Part shown: piece after piece, positions 26,773-40,753 of the stretch | Numbering within the stretch: the first letter of the stretch is position 1 | Layout: each line of letters starts with the position of its first letter | Assembly (NCBI GenBank): GCA_951406725.2 | Contig: OX597816.1 | Span: 55,118,001 to 55,182,000, forward strand | Length of the DNA: 64,000 bases | From: Octopus vulgaris | Taxonomy: Eukaryota | Reading direction: 5' to 3' | The notes under the pieces: model-generated | The model's input: only the letters and a program-made list of their open reading frames with translations | What the model was told of the DNA's origin: nothing | Database searches by the model: none | Translations under genes and position numbers: made by a program

Positions 26773-27607
26773 CAGGGTGTTCAGGATTTGACAATTTTTC
26801 ATATGTAGTATATTTTTAGCAACAGCTTGATATTTTGGTGAGCAATCAACTGCCTTTGTAGGTGAATAAAAGTTAGCAGACACGCAGAACTAGAAACCAT
26901 CTGAATATCAGAAAAGAGTTACCAGTATCATGATGGTTCGCGCCGGGTGTCAAAGCGCCGGCGTCATAACTGCTGATCAATGCCCTGTGAGCTCTGTAAA
27001 AGCAAGTAAGACGTGAGATGGGCAGCGACAACTAAGGAGACCGTGGCCAGTAGGAAGGGTTACAGAAGGCGTTCTGACTGCCGCTGCACGCCGGAATTCC
27101 TCCCCCCACACCAACCTCTGAACAGGACATTAATCCCTATTCAAACGACTATGCAAAGCTGCTGGAGACTGTCGTCAATCCCTGGCTAGAGTGGGTTATT
27201 GTTGGAAGGTCATATGCGTGCCGACAAAAGAATTCAACTCCTCGCTATACCCCCGGAAAAAGTCAGAAGTGGTTGTCGGAAAGAGTTAGAAGTCATTTCT
27301 ACGACTACACCAGCCCCAATTTCTGACCTCCTAATTCCTCCGACTGCCATCCATTGGAAGGAGCGCAGTTGAGGAAGACACCAAACTCACTGTCTGCAAC
27401 ACCAAGGATTCAGTGAGGAACGCATTCCCCAGATTCCGGGGTCGTCTAGAAACCGTGGTTCAAGCTGAGGGCGGCTACTTTAAGTTATACCTATTGCTCC
27501 TATTGTTTGCTTCTGTGAGCAATTCTGTAGCGTTCGGTTGTAGTTTTTCACTAATGTTTAATTATATATTATCTCAAATGGTTTCACTACATAGTGAGTG
27601 CCCCTTG
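26773..27607 (+). pseudogene. Decayed Tc1/mariner-superfamily (maT/DD37D-like) element
   Basis: Starts ta|cagggtgttca; translated remnants YAKLLETVVNPWL, KSQKWL, PNF*PPNSSDCHPL, FRGRLETVVQAEGGYF. Confidence 0.6.
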
Positions 27608-27629
27608 TTTTGTTTATTTATTTATTTTC

Positions 27630-28060
27630 TAACTGAATGGTGATCTACATCAAGGGTATCTACATCCATGGGCTTCCCTCTGGCCAGACGGTTCAGAAAG
27701 AGTACTTTGTGGAGGCTTTGAATGAATAAAGGGAGATATTTTGTCGCCAAAGGGCAGAACACCTTTATCCCAGGATAAAGCACCAGTCTACAATTCCATC
27801 CTAGTAACAGACTACAAGTGATGGGAAGGGAAACTGACACTCACCCTCTCAACAGTTCAAACTTTGCTCCCTGTGACTTTTGGTTCTTCCCCAAGCTGAA
27901 GGAGAAAATGAAGGAGGCTGTAACAAGGGCCTTGGATGCTTTCACTTTCGGGGACGTCCATGGTGGCCGTTACGAAGTAGCTGGAGTGCTGCCACAAGTG
28001 CATTAAAGTCAGAGACTCCTACTTTATAGGGGATTACAGTTTTGCAGTACTTGAAAATGA
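27630..28060 (+). pseudogene. Mariner transposase C-terminal relic
   Basis: HPLNSSNFAPCDFWFFPKLKEKM corresponds to the HPPYSPDLAPxDFxLFPKLK motif. Confidence 0.7.
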
Positions 28061-28610
28061 ATAAATATAGTCTGAAAAGGTTTCAAAGTCCTGGAATACA
28101 CTTTAGGCATAGTTAAGAAGCCATGAAGTGATAAACAAGCACCTAGCTCCAAGTGCACTGCATCTTGTCGCAGAAACAGCTGTAAGCTAATGGAATGCAT
28201 TAATTTCATATTCCCTTGTCAATAATTTAATTATATATATATATATATATATATAAATTTAGGATATAATAATTAAAATGGCTAGCTAGTCAGTGGCTAG
28301 TGTATAAAAATCTACCATATCGGTAAAACTTTTAAGTATACAATTTTAAATATATAATTATAATTAAGGGTGTTGGAAGGCCAACGTTAGAAGTAGATGC
28401 CAAATGTCTACAAGCCACTATAAATTTGCTCCCTTTAACACAAGGGAGAATAAAGGAGAATGCGAAGGAATGGGCAAGAAAATTTTTGAAATTTCGGATA
28501 ACCCTATATCTTAAGATTTCCAGCGCCCTTAATTATTATTATAATTATATTTTTATATTAGAAATATTGAATTTCTAAATGTCTCAGAGAGACATAAGCG
28601 GTGGTGAAGA

Positions 28611-28791
28611 GATATAGTGGTCGTATACCGTCAACTCAATGTGACAGTCCCGTAAGGGAATTACACCACCACCATTTAGCACTAGGAAACATCGACGTCT
28701 CCTGTCACAGCCGCCAGGAGACGTCGATGTTTCCTAGGGCTAAATGGCGTAAGGGACTGTCACGTTGAGTTGACAGTATACGACCACTATA
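28611..28791. repeat. ~180-bp palindrome
   Basis: atatagtggtcgtataccgtcaactcaa..ctaggaaacatcgacgtctcctg mirrored by caggagacgtcgatgtttcctag..ttgagttgacagtatacgaccactatat. Confidence 0.9.
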
Positions 28792-28849
28792 TTTTTATAA
28801 TTATATACTTAAATACTCACGCGCGCACACACACACACACACACATATA

Positions 28850-28902
<53 letters not shown>

Positions 28903-29257
28903 CTACCACACGTTGACGATAGGCAATACACCTTGAAACCATGGTCCGTGTGTGGTTTCCGCTTCATCGGGGAATTATCTCCTTGTAGGTTAAGGACGTG
29001 CGGTGTCAAGCCTATCTGAACGTGCTCATAAATGCAACATGTGGTTTCCGCTTCATCGGGGAATTATCTCCCTTTTGCAGGTTAAAGGACACCGTGATGG
29101 TGTCAAGCCTATCTGGCGACGTCGATGTTCGCCTGGGGCTAAATGCAACAGTAACACCCCCACCACCCTGCCCTGTCCCTAGCCATATTCAGATGGCTTT
29201 AGTCCCTTATGTTATCGAGCAGTTACTGTCTATATCTCTTTTAGAGAATTATTATTG

Positions 29258-29371
<114 letters not shown>

Positions 29372-29412
29372 TGGCGGTGCCTCAGCATGGCCACAGCCTT
29401 AGGGCTGAAATG

Positions 29413-29443
<31 letters not shown>

Positions 29444-29522
29444 GCATATATGTTGTATCCATACACATATATGCTTATGTGTGTGTGTGTGTGAGAATGT
29501 GAGAAAGTGAGAGAGAAAAAGT

Positions 29523-29575
<53 letters not shown>

Positions 29576-30241
29576 TGATAAACCAGCAAGGAAGAGAAAG
29601 GGAAACTAGGAAGAGGAATTAAATGAGACAGAAAGAAAGAAAGAGAGAGAGAGAAAGAGGTGGGAGAGAAAGACTAACAGATATAGAGACTGATTCCATC
29701 ACTCCAAAAGTTTCTTCAACTTTTCTGTTCGCTTTCTTTCAACCCCCTCTCTCTCTCTTTCTCTCTCACTCTCTCTGATTCTTCCATATACTTTTCCTCT
29801 CGCAATTCCCCCCCCCCACGTTTCCCACCGCATTCTCTCTCACTATCTCTCTCTTCTCCTCTTACTACCACTCTTTCTTCCTTCTCATCTTAAAACTTCC
29901 CTATTTTATATTCTATATTTAGCTGGTTACTCTACCTTCAAAATCTCCCTCCCTTTCTCACTTTCTCTCTCTCTCCCTCTCCCTCTCCCTCTCATTCTCT
30001 CTTTCCCGTGTGATTTCTTTTCATATCCACCCTGTCTTCCCTCTCTAGATATCACCTCCTCTCACCATCCCTCACTCTCCTCCTCTTACTTTCTCTCTCA
30101 TCTCCCATCTTCATCTTCTCCAGACTCCACATCACACACCTTTCTTTTCTACCCTCCCCTTTCCATGTCTCCTCTTTCTCAGTCTCTGTTACACACATAC
30201 TGACACACACGCACTCGCACGTGCATATGTCATATTTATGT

Positions 30242-30305
<64 letters not shown>

Positions 30306-30466
30306 TTGTGCGTATGTACGTGTATATATATATGTCATTTATGAGTGTGTGTATTTATACGTAACTATATAAATAGATATGTGTGTGAATGCATAAATAG
30401 ATATGTGTGAATGCAAAATTACAGACTCACATTCACACAACCACACACATCCACATACACGCACGC

Positions 30467-30538
<72 letters not shown>

Positions 30539-31737
30539 TCAGTTACAGATGAATGCCATACCTACATCAACCTCACCATTCTCAGATGCATCGCTCCACA
30601 CAGAAACATTCTTGGTCTCTGTACACCCTGACAGCCGTCCCCAAGCAGCTCGCTTAGTGATGTAGTCACAATCTACTGGATATCTATCGATGCCAGCAGT
30701 CAGCCAGCCTCACAACCTCGGCTATACCCAGAGCTAATATCTGCATTATAGTAAAAGTCTCTTGTTATGAAACGCACCCTGAACTAGGATACATATTCTT
30801 GTGGATTAACAGATGGTCATATTTTGGATTCCTATCAGACATATATCCTACAACGGATGCAATCTAAGGTAAATATCTAAACTCTTATCATCTTTAAATA
30901 TAACTCAGGTTGCCGATTTATTTAAATTCTTGCTTCAATCAGTAACGTCAGTGAATTTACTAATAACTGCACTTGAGATGCGAGTTGCAGTGTCTTCCAC
31001 CCATGGGTAGAATCAATATCTGCTTAGCTAATCAAACTGTAACCGCCAATTAGAGGTCGTCGCCCCACGTTTGTGACTTGAGGTAAAAGACGAAATGTCC
31101 GTTTATTTCTGTGAGTTGATTATATTTATGAGAAAATCTTAAAACTTTTAAATTTATTTTCTTCATTTCACTTTTTGTGAAAATGATTTTTCTCACAACT
31201 TGTTGAACGATCGAAACACTTCACAAATATATCCCTCCTCACCATTCAAAAAACAAAACCACACCACTGCGCTAGTGCCCCAACACCACCACACTACTTT
31301 ACACAACATCGCAATAACACAATTACCACTGCCGTCGCCGCCGCCGTGACGATGATGACGATGACGATGACGACGACCCCCCCACACCACTACCACCACT
31401 AGACGAGAGTATCACGAGACTGGTGGTTGTTTTAGACTGATTTAGGGTCGGATTGTTAAATTGTTCATTTAGGCTTCTGGGAACAGAAGTATATCGCGTC
31501 CATTAATGTTAAAAGAAGATTCGAATAGAATTGTGGATGCAGGCTGGCCGAAGAGCTGGCTTTAAAGGCCTCACCTGCTTCTTCCGATATTTCTTTATCC
31601 CTAACACCTCTTCAATATGTCACCTGAATGCGTAATGTGGAATTGGTCAAACCACGGTGGTTCTTCCACTCAGCGTTTTCGTTCTATTATTTGCTGTGAA
31701 GAATGTTCACCATAATAATGTTCAATGGTTAGTGCGT

Positions 31738-31784
<47 letters not shown>

Positions 31785-32734
31785 CGCGCGCTTAACCGAG
31801 TTATGTTACCTGGACGGGGATATAGTAAATGGAATCTGACCTTGTAGTTCCTGGAACAGAAAGCTTAAAGAGACAGGATTAGGAACTGGACGAGGCCTGA
31901 CGAAAAGGATCACAAACAGAAGGTGATGGATCACATTAAAAAGTCAGAACAGATTTTGTTAGTTTTAGTAAGGAACTGGTATTAAAGATCATAGGATTGT
32001 AGAAGGAGCAAGCAGACAGACGAGGAAAGGCGATTAAAAATGAAAAGCAACATTTAATAAGTGCGACAAGCAAGAATATGTGACTACCAATTCTTCGACG
32101 CAAAACACAAGGTCGCATTGTTCAAAGGTGTGTAGGTAAGAGACACAGGACAACGAAAAGCCGTTCGGTCAGCCCATCTGGTTGACGGTGCAGAAATTAT
32201 TTCGGGTGCGTGCCGTCTAATATTACAAGCACATGTGTACAGTTTCTCGCGAGAATGTCGACAGATGTTTGACAAAGCGATGGGTTGAAAAAGAAAACAA
32301 CATAATAAAGATTGAATTTCAAGGCTAACGTAGATGGTGGGCTGCGTGGGAGGATGAATTAAGCCGGTGAAATATTGGAAGGTGCGAGAAGGGCAAATCA
32401 CAAACTGAACTGTCTACCTTCTGAACTTTATTGATTCATTCGAAACTTATTCGCCGCTTTTCGTCTCCCAGAACATTTCAAATGACAGAAACCTGAGAGT
32501 TTTCTTAACTAAACGAACCGACGAATGGGGATGTTACTGAGTAAAGATCTGAACAAGGAAGGATTCGAACAGATCCAGCATAATGTTTTCATCGAAACTT
32601 TGGTGCGTGTCGTGAGTGAAGTTTGAAAGGAGATTATGATTATTATATTGGCATCATCTCCGTCACCATCATCATTAGCATCACCATAACCATCCTCACT
32701 CTCTTGTACCACCTCCTTTTTCCTTCTCATTTAC

Positions 32735-32928
32735 ATCGTCTTCGTCGTCGTCGTCGTCGTCGTTGCCGTCGTGTTTATGGTCTTCGCCGTTGTCCTCTTT
32801 CTCCTCCTTCTATCCATTCACTTCCCCTCCCCTCTACACCACCACAACCAGTAGTACCACCACCATCAATGCTGCCGTTATCATCGTTGTCGTTGTCATC
32901 GTCATCGTCGTCGTCGTCGTCGTCATCG

Positions 32929-32982
<54 letters not shown>

Positions 32983-33660
32983 ACATCATCATCATCATCA
33001 GCATCAGCATCACTAGGGGCAGCAGCAGCAAGTGGAGCAACCCCCATTTTCATTACTACTTCAAGCAATCTGTTTCTTCTTTCCCCCCTCCCCCCACGTC
33101 ACCAGCTTTATCTTCCATCCCCACCCATTCATCATCTTCTTATCTCAACAGACCTGAACGGCTGTTTTCCGCTGCCAATTTTAGTTCGTTTGTGCTTTGA
33201 CTTCACCACCACCACCACCACCACCACCACCACCACCACCACCACCACCACCACCACCACCACCACCACCACCACCACCACCACCACCACCACCACCACC
33301 ACAACATACACCATCTCCACAAGCAACACTATCTCCACCATTTCCATCAACAGAGTCAATAATACAACCCAACCCACCCCACCCCACCCCAACACTACCA
33401 CAAGAACAATAATAACAACTTCAGTGGTGGTTGTTATTATACCATACGCTACCATTACAATCAGCTTCACCACCACTACCACCACCACCACCAACACAAG
33501 CAACAACACCACAATTCCAACCGGCACCATCACTATCTCCAGCCATCATCACGAAAACCACCATCATCACCACCACCACCTTCAACCGCTGTCGTCACCG
33601 CCGCTACCACCACCACCACCACCACCACCACAACCACCACTACCACCAACACCACTAACC
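32735..33660. repeat. Compound trinucleotide region (TCG/TCA/ACC)n
   Basis: Direct reading; produces the 354-aa poly-S/T/P pseudo-ORF. Confidence 0.9.
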
Positions 33661-34389
33661 TCCGTCTCCTACTCCCGACCAATTTAATACTAATTCTTCT
33701 GTTGCACAACATGTAAACAACGATTGATATGTTGATGTTGAGTGGAGTCGGATGTAACTTATGGAATCGGTATTGTCTTGGAGATGGCCATGGTGTTCTG
33801 AATAAAACTGCAGACACACATATATACAAACGCACTTACACACATGGGCTGAAAGTCGCCTACGTACACATTTACGTATACATACACAAATGCAGACGTA
33901 GTGGAGTCTCCTGGCGTCGTTGACGGATGAGTATACCACGGTTCCTTTCTGATCAACCTGCACAAATGATTTGTTCGTAGCGATCGAATGTTTATCGACA
34001 TTGCATGTACAGATGTGCAAGGCATTACAGAAAAACCTGAAATAAAATATACACATACACGAGGAATGCGTTCTAGCTTCGTTTGTCGATTGAATTTAAC
34101 GAAGCAATTTGCAGCAAAACGCTCTGAAGAGGATTTGAATCTAAATTACGAAAAGCAAGGGACATAACTCCAATAAAATCTATCGAAAAGTTTGATCGGA
34201 ATGGTGAATCAACGTGGAATCGATCTAGTCTGCACAGATTAGGGGTGAAAAACAATGAGTATGGTTCGGGTCTGTTAGTGATCCATAGCAAAATTTTTCC
34301 CTTGCTGTCTGATAGGTTTCGGATAGTATAGGCCCAGAAATGTCTAACTTAATAGCACCACCTGTTGAAGTCTTTTAGTCATAAATGGG

Positions 34390-36915
34390 GTACCATGGCG
34401 CACTCTAGAAAAGTGTTATTATTGTTGGATACATATCCGGGTATAGGAGGTTGGTCCGAAATTTTTTGAAGAAATTTGTCCAATGAACCTCTGAATTTTA
34501 TGGGATCCGTTTCCATTTTGACGTATTTTGATATGGTATTAAAGAGAGTTGGACCGGTTGAGGTAAAGTAATTTGTGACATAATGTTATGTGTCCTGAGT
34601 TCGATTTTTTTTTAGTGGGCAGATAGCACGGGGACCAAGTCTTGGATGGATTTTAAATTTGATGCCAACATCATCTGTGCAATATTGATGTGCAATATTG
34701 ATGTAGCACTCCCGGCTGCAATGGAGAAAGTAGATATTGAGCTTTTTGAGTTGACCCCAATAGTCAATGCCTGTCATGCCGTCTATCTTTCTTGTTATTG
34801 ACCTCTGGAGTGCTTCCACTTTCATAATGAGTTGCTTCGTATGGTGAGATCACACTGGGAAACAGTATTCCAGGTGGGGTCAGGCAAAAGTAGAGTAGAG
34901 AAGGATGATGGTGTTGGCATCTCTAGACCGGAAAGTTCTCAGAATCCAGGAGCACATCTTGCGTGCCAAGTCAACCTTGCTGTTTACGTGGGAACTCCAG
35001 TTTAGATTGTTATCAACAATTACTCCAAGGTCTCTGGTGTTGTTGGATGACACTAGGAAGTTACTCGAGGGAAGAGCACATGGTAATTTCAGAGTTTCCT
35101 CTTTTCCAAAGCGATTCAAATTAAACTTATCTTCATTTAGAAGATAACATTTTTTCCCGCCCATTGGACAATAGCAAACAAATCCGACTGAAGGCATGTT
35201 CGATCTCCCATATTGTTTATGATTTTCTGGAGTTTGGAATCATCTGCAAGGATTTTTAATGTAGAATGTTTGACGACGTCTGTTGTGTCATTGATGTAGA
35301 TAATGAAGAGGAGTGGACCCAACACAGTAACTTGTGGGACACAACTACTGACTTTAACTGAGCTGGATCGGATTCCTACAAACACAACATGTTGGGTTCT
35401 CTTCGTCAGGAAACACTTTATCCACTGCAGCAGCTTACAACGGACTCCTGTGTTGGACAGATCCTTCAGCAGGATTTTGTGGTTCACTCAGTCAAATGCC
35501 TTGCTAAATGGAGGTATGTGACGTCAGTGTTGGAGCTTTCTCCCAAAGCTTTTAAGATGTCATCAAAATGGTGCAGAAGCTGCTACAGGCAGTCCCTGCC
35601 ATCACGGACACCATGCTGGTTGGAGTTCAGTACATTGTTTTCTTCGTGGAAGTGAGTTATTTGTGACCTCACCACCCTCTCAAATACTTTAATGATATGA
35701 GAAATAAGTGAAATCGGACTATAGTTCACTGCAAGAGATTTGTTTCCATTTTTGAAGACTTAAACGACAGACTGGGAAAGAAAATGATCAGGAATTTAGC
35801 TTGCATCAGGCAAGTTTCTCCAGAGCTCAGCTAGATTGGGTGCAATTTGATGTCGACACATCTTGAGGACAGTGGCCAGGAACTTATATGACGTACTGCC
35901 GAATTGTGCTTGATCTTATTTATTTCTGCTAGGATATCAGGAGCACCAAAAGTTATGTCAGATATCATTAGTTGAGGGTTTACATCTCTGATACAAGCCA
36001 GATCAACCGCTTTAGCGTTATTGAAAACAGAGCAGTATTGTCTCTGCAGTATCTCGCACATGGATTTTGCATCATCATGTAGAATGTTGTTCTCATCAAC
36101 CAGAGGACAACAGTGGTAACAGCGACTTTATATGTTTTTGCAAATGAAAAGAACACTTTGGGATTGAGTCTTATTTTCTCAATGGCCCGACTCTCCTCAG
36201 CTGCTCTTTGACTTTTAATGATGATCAACATGCTTTTTTTTTGCGGTTGTGCTTTTTCGATTCGAGTGATGCAATAGCAGTCGAATGGGTGCATTGTTGC
36301 TGGCAGTATTCAAGCAGGTTGATTTTTTTGTTAATTCTTTTTATTTTTCTGATAATTGCTCTTCTATCTCTAGAGATTCTGCACTTAGATTTGTATACTG
36401 ATCTTAATGGAGAATTTTTGCGTATATATTTGTTACAGTATCTACAAATGTCTGTCATGATGTGTTTATGCTTAAGGGTGTGTGTACGTGCGTGAAGGCC
36501 CAATCAACTTGTGAAAGATCGTGATTAATCGCATCCCAGTCTGTGTTATGAAGATCCATAGTGTTAAATGGATGAGCTGGAGAGATGTCATTGGATTTGA
36601 TCTTTGGGTGGTAGAATCTCAGATTGCAGAGAACCATGTCATGGTCTGAGAGTAGCGGTGTTTTTTTCCACTGCAATCTTGAGGATAGTGTCAGTGTGGT
36701 TACTGAACACTAGGTCCCAGGTGTTTTTGTGACACCTTATTGGTTCGAGAACAAGTTGGGTCAGGAAAAACTCATCCATAAAATCAAAAATCAATTCGGT
36801 TGTTTTCTTATCAAGCGTTGGAGTGGAAAAACCTAGTTTCAAGTTGTCTGTGGACCAATCAACACTGGGAAGGTTGAATTACCCCATCATGAATATATTG
36901 TGAGCATGACACTGA
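34390..36915 (-). pseudogene. Decayed CR1-group LINE (APE endonuclease + reverse transcriptase)
   Basis: Fragments FFLTQLVLEPIR..NTWDLVFSN and LSDH (APE); NPKVFFSFAK; VPQVTVLGPLLFIIYIND, ADDSKL, RDLGVIVDNNL (RT); many stops and frameshifts. Confidence 0.88.
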
Positions 36916-36938
36916 TAGATGAAACAATACATATACAT

Positions 36939-37009
<71 letters not shown>

Positions 37010-37087
37010 CATACATACGCATAATGACATGCATATACTTTTATACACACACACATATATAGTTAAATACATACACTAATATATATA

Positions 37088-37621
37088 CTTTGTGGGTTTT
37101 CCGGTGGATGCAATAGCGTAGCGGAGTTATAACCCCCATGTCGCTGGTGTTAAGGCGCCTTAGAGCCATGGACAGGCGAGATAACTCACTCTTAATCCCA
37201 TTTGGATGTCATAGACATCGATGTTTCGCAATTTTTGAGGCTTATCAACACCAAATACCTGCCTGGGTTGAAGGTGGGTCAGCTAGCCAGTGCAGCGACT
37301 TATATGCTCATAGCTTATAAAATCATGAGCTGGTATGCCCGGAAATTGCATACCCAAGAGAAAATTTACGCATGAAGTAAAAGTAGCTCTAGTATAATAA
37401 ATACTGTTAAATGCATAGACTAATGTCTATGCTTTGTGTATATTCCAGTGGCTGCAATGGAGCAGCGGAGTATATAACTCTAATGTCGCCGGTGTTAAGA
37501 CACCGTAGAGCCAGACGAGATAACGTACCCTCAATCCCATTTGGGTGTCATGGACATTGATGTTTCGCCAGTTTTGTGACTTATCAACAACACCTACCCG
37601 CCCGAGTTGAAGGCGAGTCAC
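37088..37621 (-). repeat. ~344-bp tandem repeat (about 1.55 units), each unit with a degenerate type I hammerhead motif (retrozyme-like)
   Basis: Units begin at 37088 and 37432; motifs at ~37205-37252 and 37544-37594: TTGATAA-stem II-GAAA-CATC(G/A)ATG-TC-stem I. Confidence 0.6.
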
Positions 37622-37723
37622 AGGGGAAGACACTACTTGAAAGCTTTGGTGATTTGTTGTTGCCTGCTTTCAAGTAAAGAATAACCGGTAATTAAGAACT
37701 ATCCGAGTCTTTCATGATAGACA

Positions 37724-38245
<522 letters not shown>

Positions 38246-38570
38246 TTTTCGTCTTTCTTTGTCGACCAAGAGCAAGGACAAAGCAAATGTAAAAGAGGAT
38301 GGGTGATGATGTAACGACACTAATAACCTGGTGTTAGATCTCAATATACTTATGCTTCGGAACAAAACCTCAGTCTAGTCTAGAGCGGTAAGCAGTAATT
38401 AAATGACAACAGAATTTTTTAAAAAAATGTTATGAACTTCATGAGCTAACGTCTTTTTTTGCTGTAAGATGCAATGAACTCAAAGCTGAATGCTACAAAT
38501 ATCTGTGTGTGTGTGTGTGCGTGTGGTGAAAGATGCGTATTAAAGATTTAGTCAACCTAAACACTATTCT

Positions 38571-40753
38571 TATTTCTTTATTGCCCACAAGGGGCTAAAA
38601 ATAGAGGGGACAAACAAGGACAGACAAAGGGATTAAGTCGATTACATCGACCCCAGTGCGTAACTGGTACTTGATTTATCGCCCCCGAAAGGATGAAAGG
38701 CAAAGTCGACCTCGGCGGAATTTGAATTCAGGGTTAATATAGGGCGTTACGATTATCAGAAAATCAAAACAAAAATGTGTGTAATAGGTGTAAAACAACT
38801 TCCTATGAACGAATATGAAAAAAAGAATTCGCGCACGCGAAAGGGGGGTGGGGGAGAGGCCTCGGAAAATTCACATCGGGAAGTTCCGAAAGCGTCTGAG
38901 GAGCTGACCCGGGCACCAAAACAAAAAAAAAATAGTGTAATATGTGTAAAACAACTTGCTCTAAACGAATATGACAAAAAAAATGCGCTCTCGCGAAAGA
39001 GGGGTGGGGGAGAGGCCTCGGAAAATTTATATCGGGAATTTCCGAAAGCGTCTGAACCGAGCACAAAAACAAAAACAAAAACAGCGTAATAGGTGTAAAA
39101 CAACTTGCTCTAAACGACTATCATGAAAAAAATGCGCGCTCGCGAAAGGGGGTGGGGGAGAGGCTTCGGAAATTTCACATCTTCAGTCCACGGCCTTTAA
39201 ACTAAGAAAAAATAGTGTAATTGGTGTAAAACTACTTGTTCTAAACGAGTATCAAGAACACACACTCACACATGAATCATAAAATCATATTTCGCAAAAA
39301 AAAATAATAAAGAGAAGAAATTCTGGAAAAAGTGAAGAAATGTTGGATCTCCGCCATGTGAATCAAAATACGTGTCAGAAACATCTTGAAATACTACAGA
39401 AATTATGTTACGAAAATGATAATGTATACATACCTCTTTGAGTGGTCCATCGATAATGATGATAAAGAAATGAGTTGGATTTGAACTCAGAATATTGACT
39501 AACACAACTACATACTACAAGACTCAAAATATTCAGCCAAGTCACCACCCTTTAACTAGCAATAATAATAACATCAATAACATAACAGCCAAAAGATTTA
39601 TTTGTTCTGAAAATAACAATCATAGTAAATAAATATGTTCTTTAATATTCACATTCATGTGCACAGTTAAACACACTTACATACAAATAGTCACGCATGC
39701 ATAATACAGAACGGAACACATAAATGAAGGATGCATTACTTAGTATATATTACATCTAGAGAATTTTGATTAATAAGTCAAATATGCAAATTATAAAGAT
39801 AATTAATTGCTTTACTAAACAGTGTTGTAAAGGTGAAAAAATAAGTTTGGGAAAAAAATATACGCCAAAACTAATTAATAAAGGATAATTAGGGAAGGAT
39901 TGACACAAAATAATAATTTTTTCTGTCTCTTTTTTTCCTGATAAATGCATCTTAATAAGTGAGAAGAATTGCATATATCTGAACTATTTCAAAGAAAAGC
40001 ATAAATTTAATGTTTAAAATAGCTTTAACCAAGGAATGAGATCCAACATTTCTTCACTTTTTCCAGAATTTCTTCTCTTTATTTATTATTTTTTTTTTGC
40101 GAAATATGTACAAAAATACGGAGTTTATGATTCATGTGTGAGTGTGTGTTCTTGATATTCGTTTAGAACAAGTAGTTTTACACCAATTACACTATTTTTT
40201 CTTAGTTTAAAGGCCGTGGACTGAAGATGTGAAATTTCCGAAGCCTCTCCCCCACCCCCCTTTCGCGAGCGCGCATTTTTTTCATGATAGTCGTTTAGAG
40301 CAAGTTGTTTTACACCTATTACGCTGTTTTTGTTTTTGTTTTTGTGCCCGGTTCAGACGCTTTCGGAAATTCCCGATATAAATTTTCCGAGGCCTCTCCC
40401 CACCCCTCTTTCGCGAGAGCGCATTTTTTTTGTCATATTCGTTTAGAGCAAGTTGTTTTACACATATTACACTATTTTTTTTTTGCTTTGGTGCCCGGGT
40501 CAGCTCCTCAGACGCTTTCGGAACTTCCCGATGTGAATTTTCCGAGGCCTCTCCCCCACCCCCTTTCGCGTGCGCGAATTCTTTTTTTCATATTCGTTCA
40601 TAGGAAGTTGTTTTACACCTATTACACACATTTTGTTTTTGATTTTCTGATAATCGTAACGCCCTATATTAACCGAATTCAGACCGTAGCGGCAGACGAA
40701 ATACGGCTACGCATTTCGCCCGGCGTGCTAACGATTCTGCCAGCTCGCCGCCT
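38571..40753 (-). mobile_element. SINE family A split in two (38571-38731 and 40675-40753) by a foldback element
   Basis: The two halves are contiguous in the family sequence once the insert and one TSD are removed. Confidence 0.88.
38732..40674. mobile_element. Non-autonomous foldback DNA transposon, 1943 bp, with ~620-bp modular TIRs, GG..CC ends and 8-bp TSD
   Basis: 38732-39351 is the reverse complement of 40038-40674; TSD gaattcag at 38724-38731 and 40675-40682; ~150-bp subrepeats within the TIRs. Confidence 0.93.

Noticed and set aside
31860-32410. Possible very old LINE 3' fragment on the minus strand
   Set aside because: Only faint resemblance; no diagnostic motif readable
32623-33687. 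354-aa Ser/Thr/Pro-rich ORF resembling a mucin
   Set aside because: Built from trinucleotide microsatellites; no splice or domain evidence
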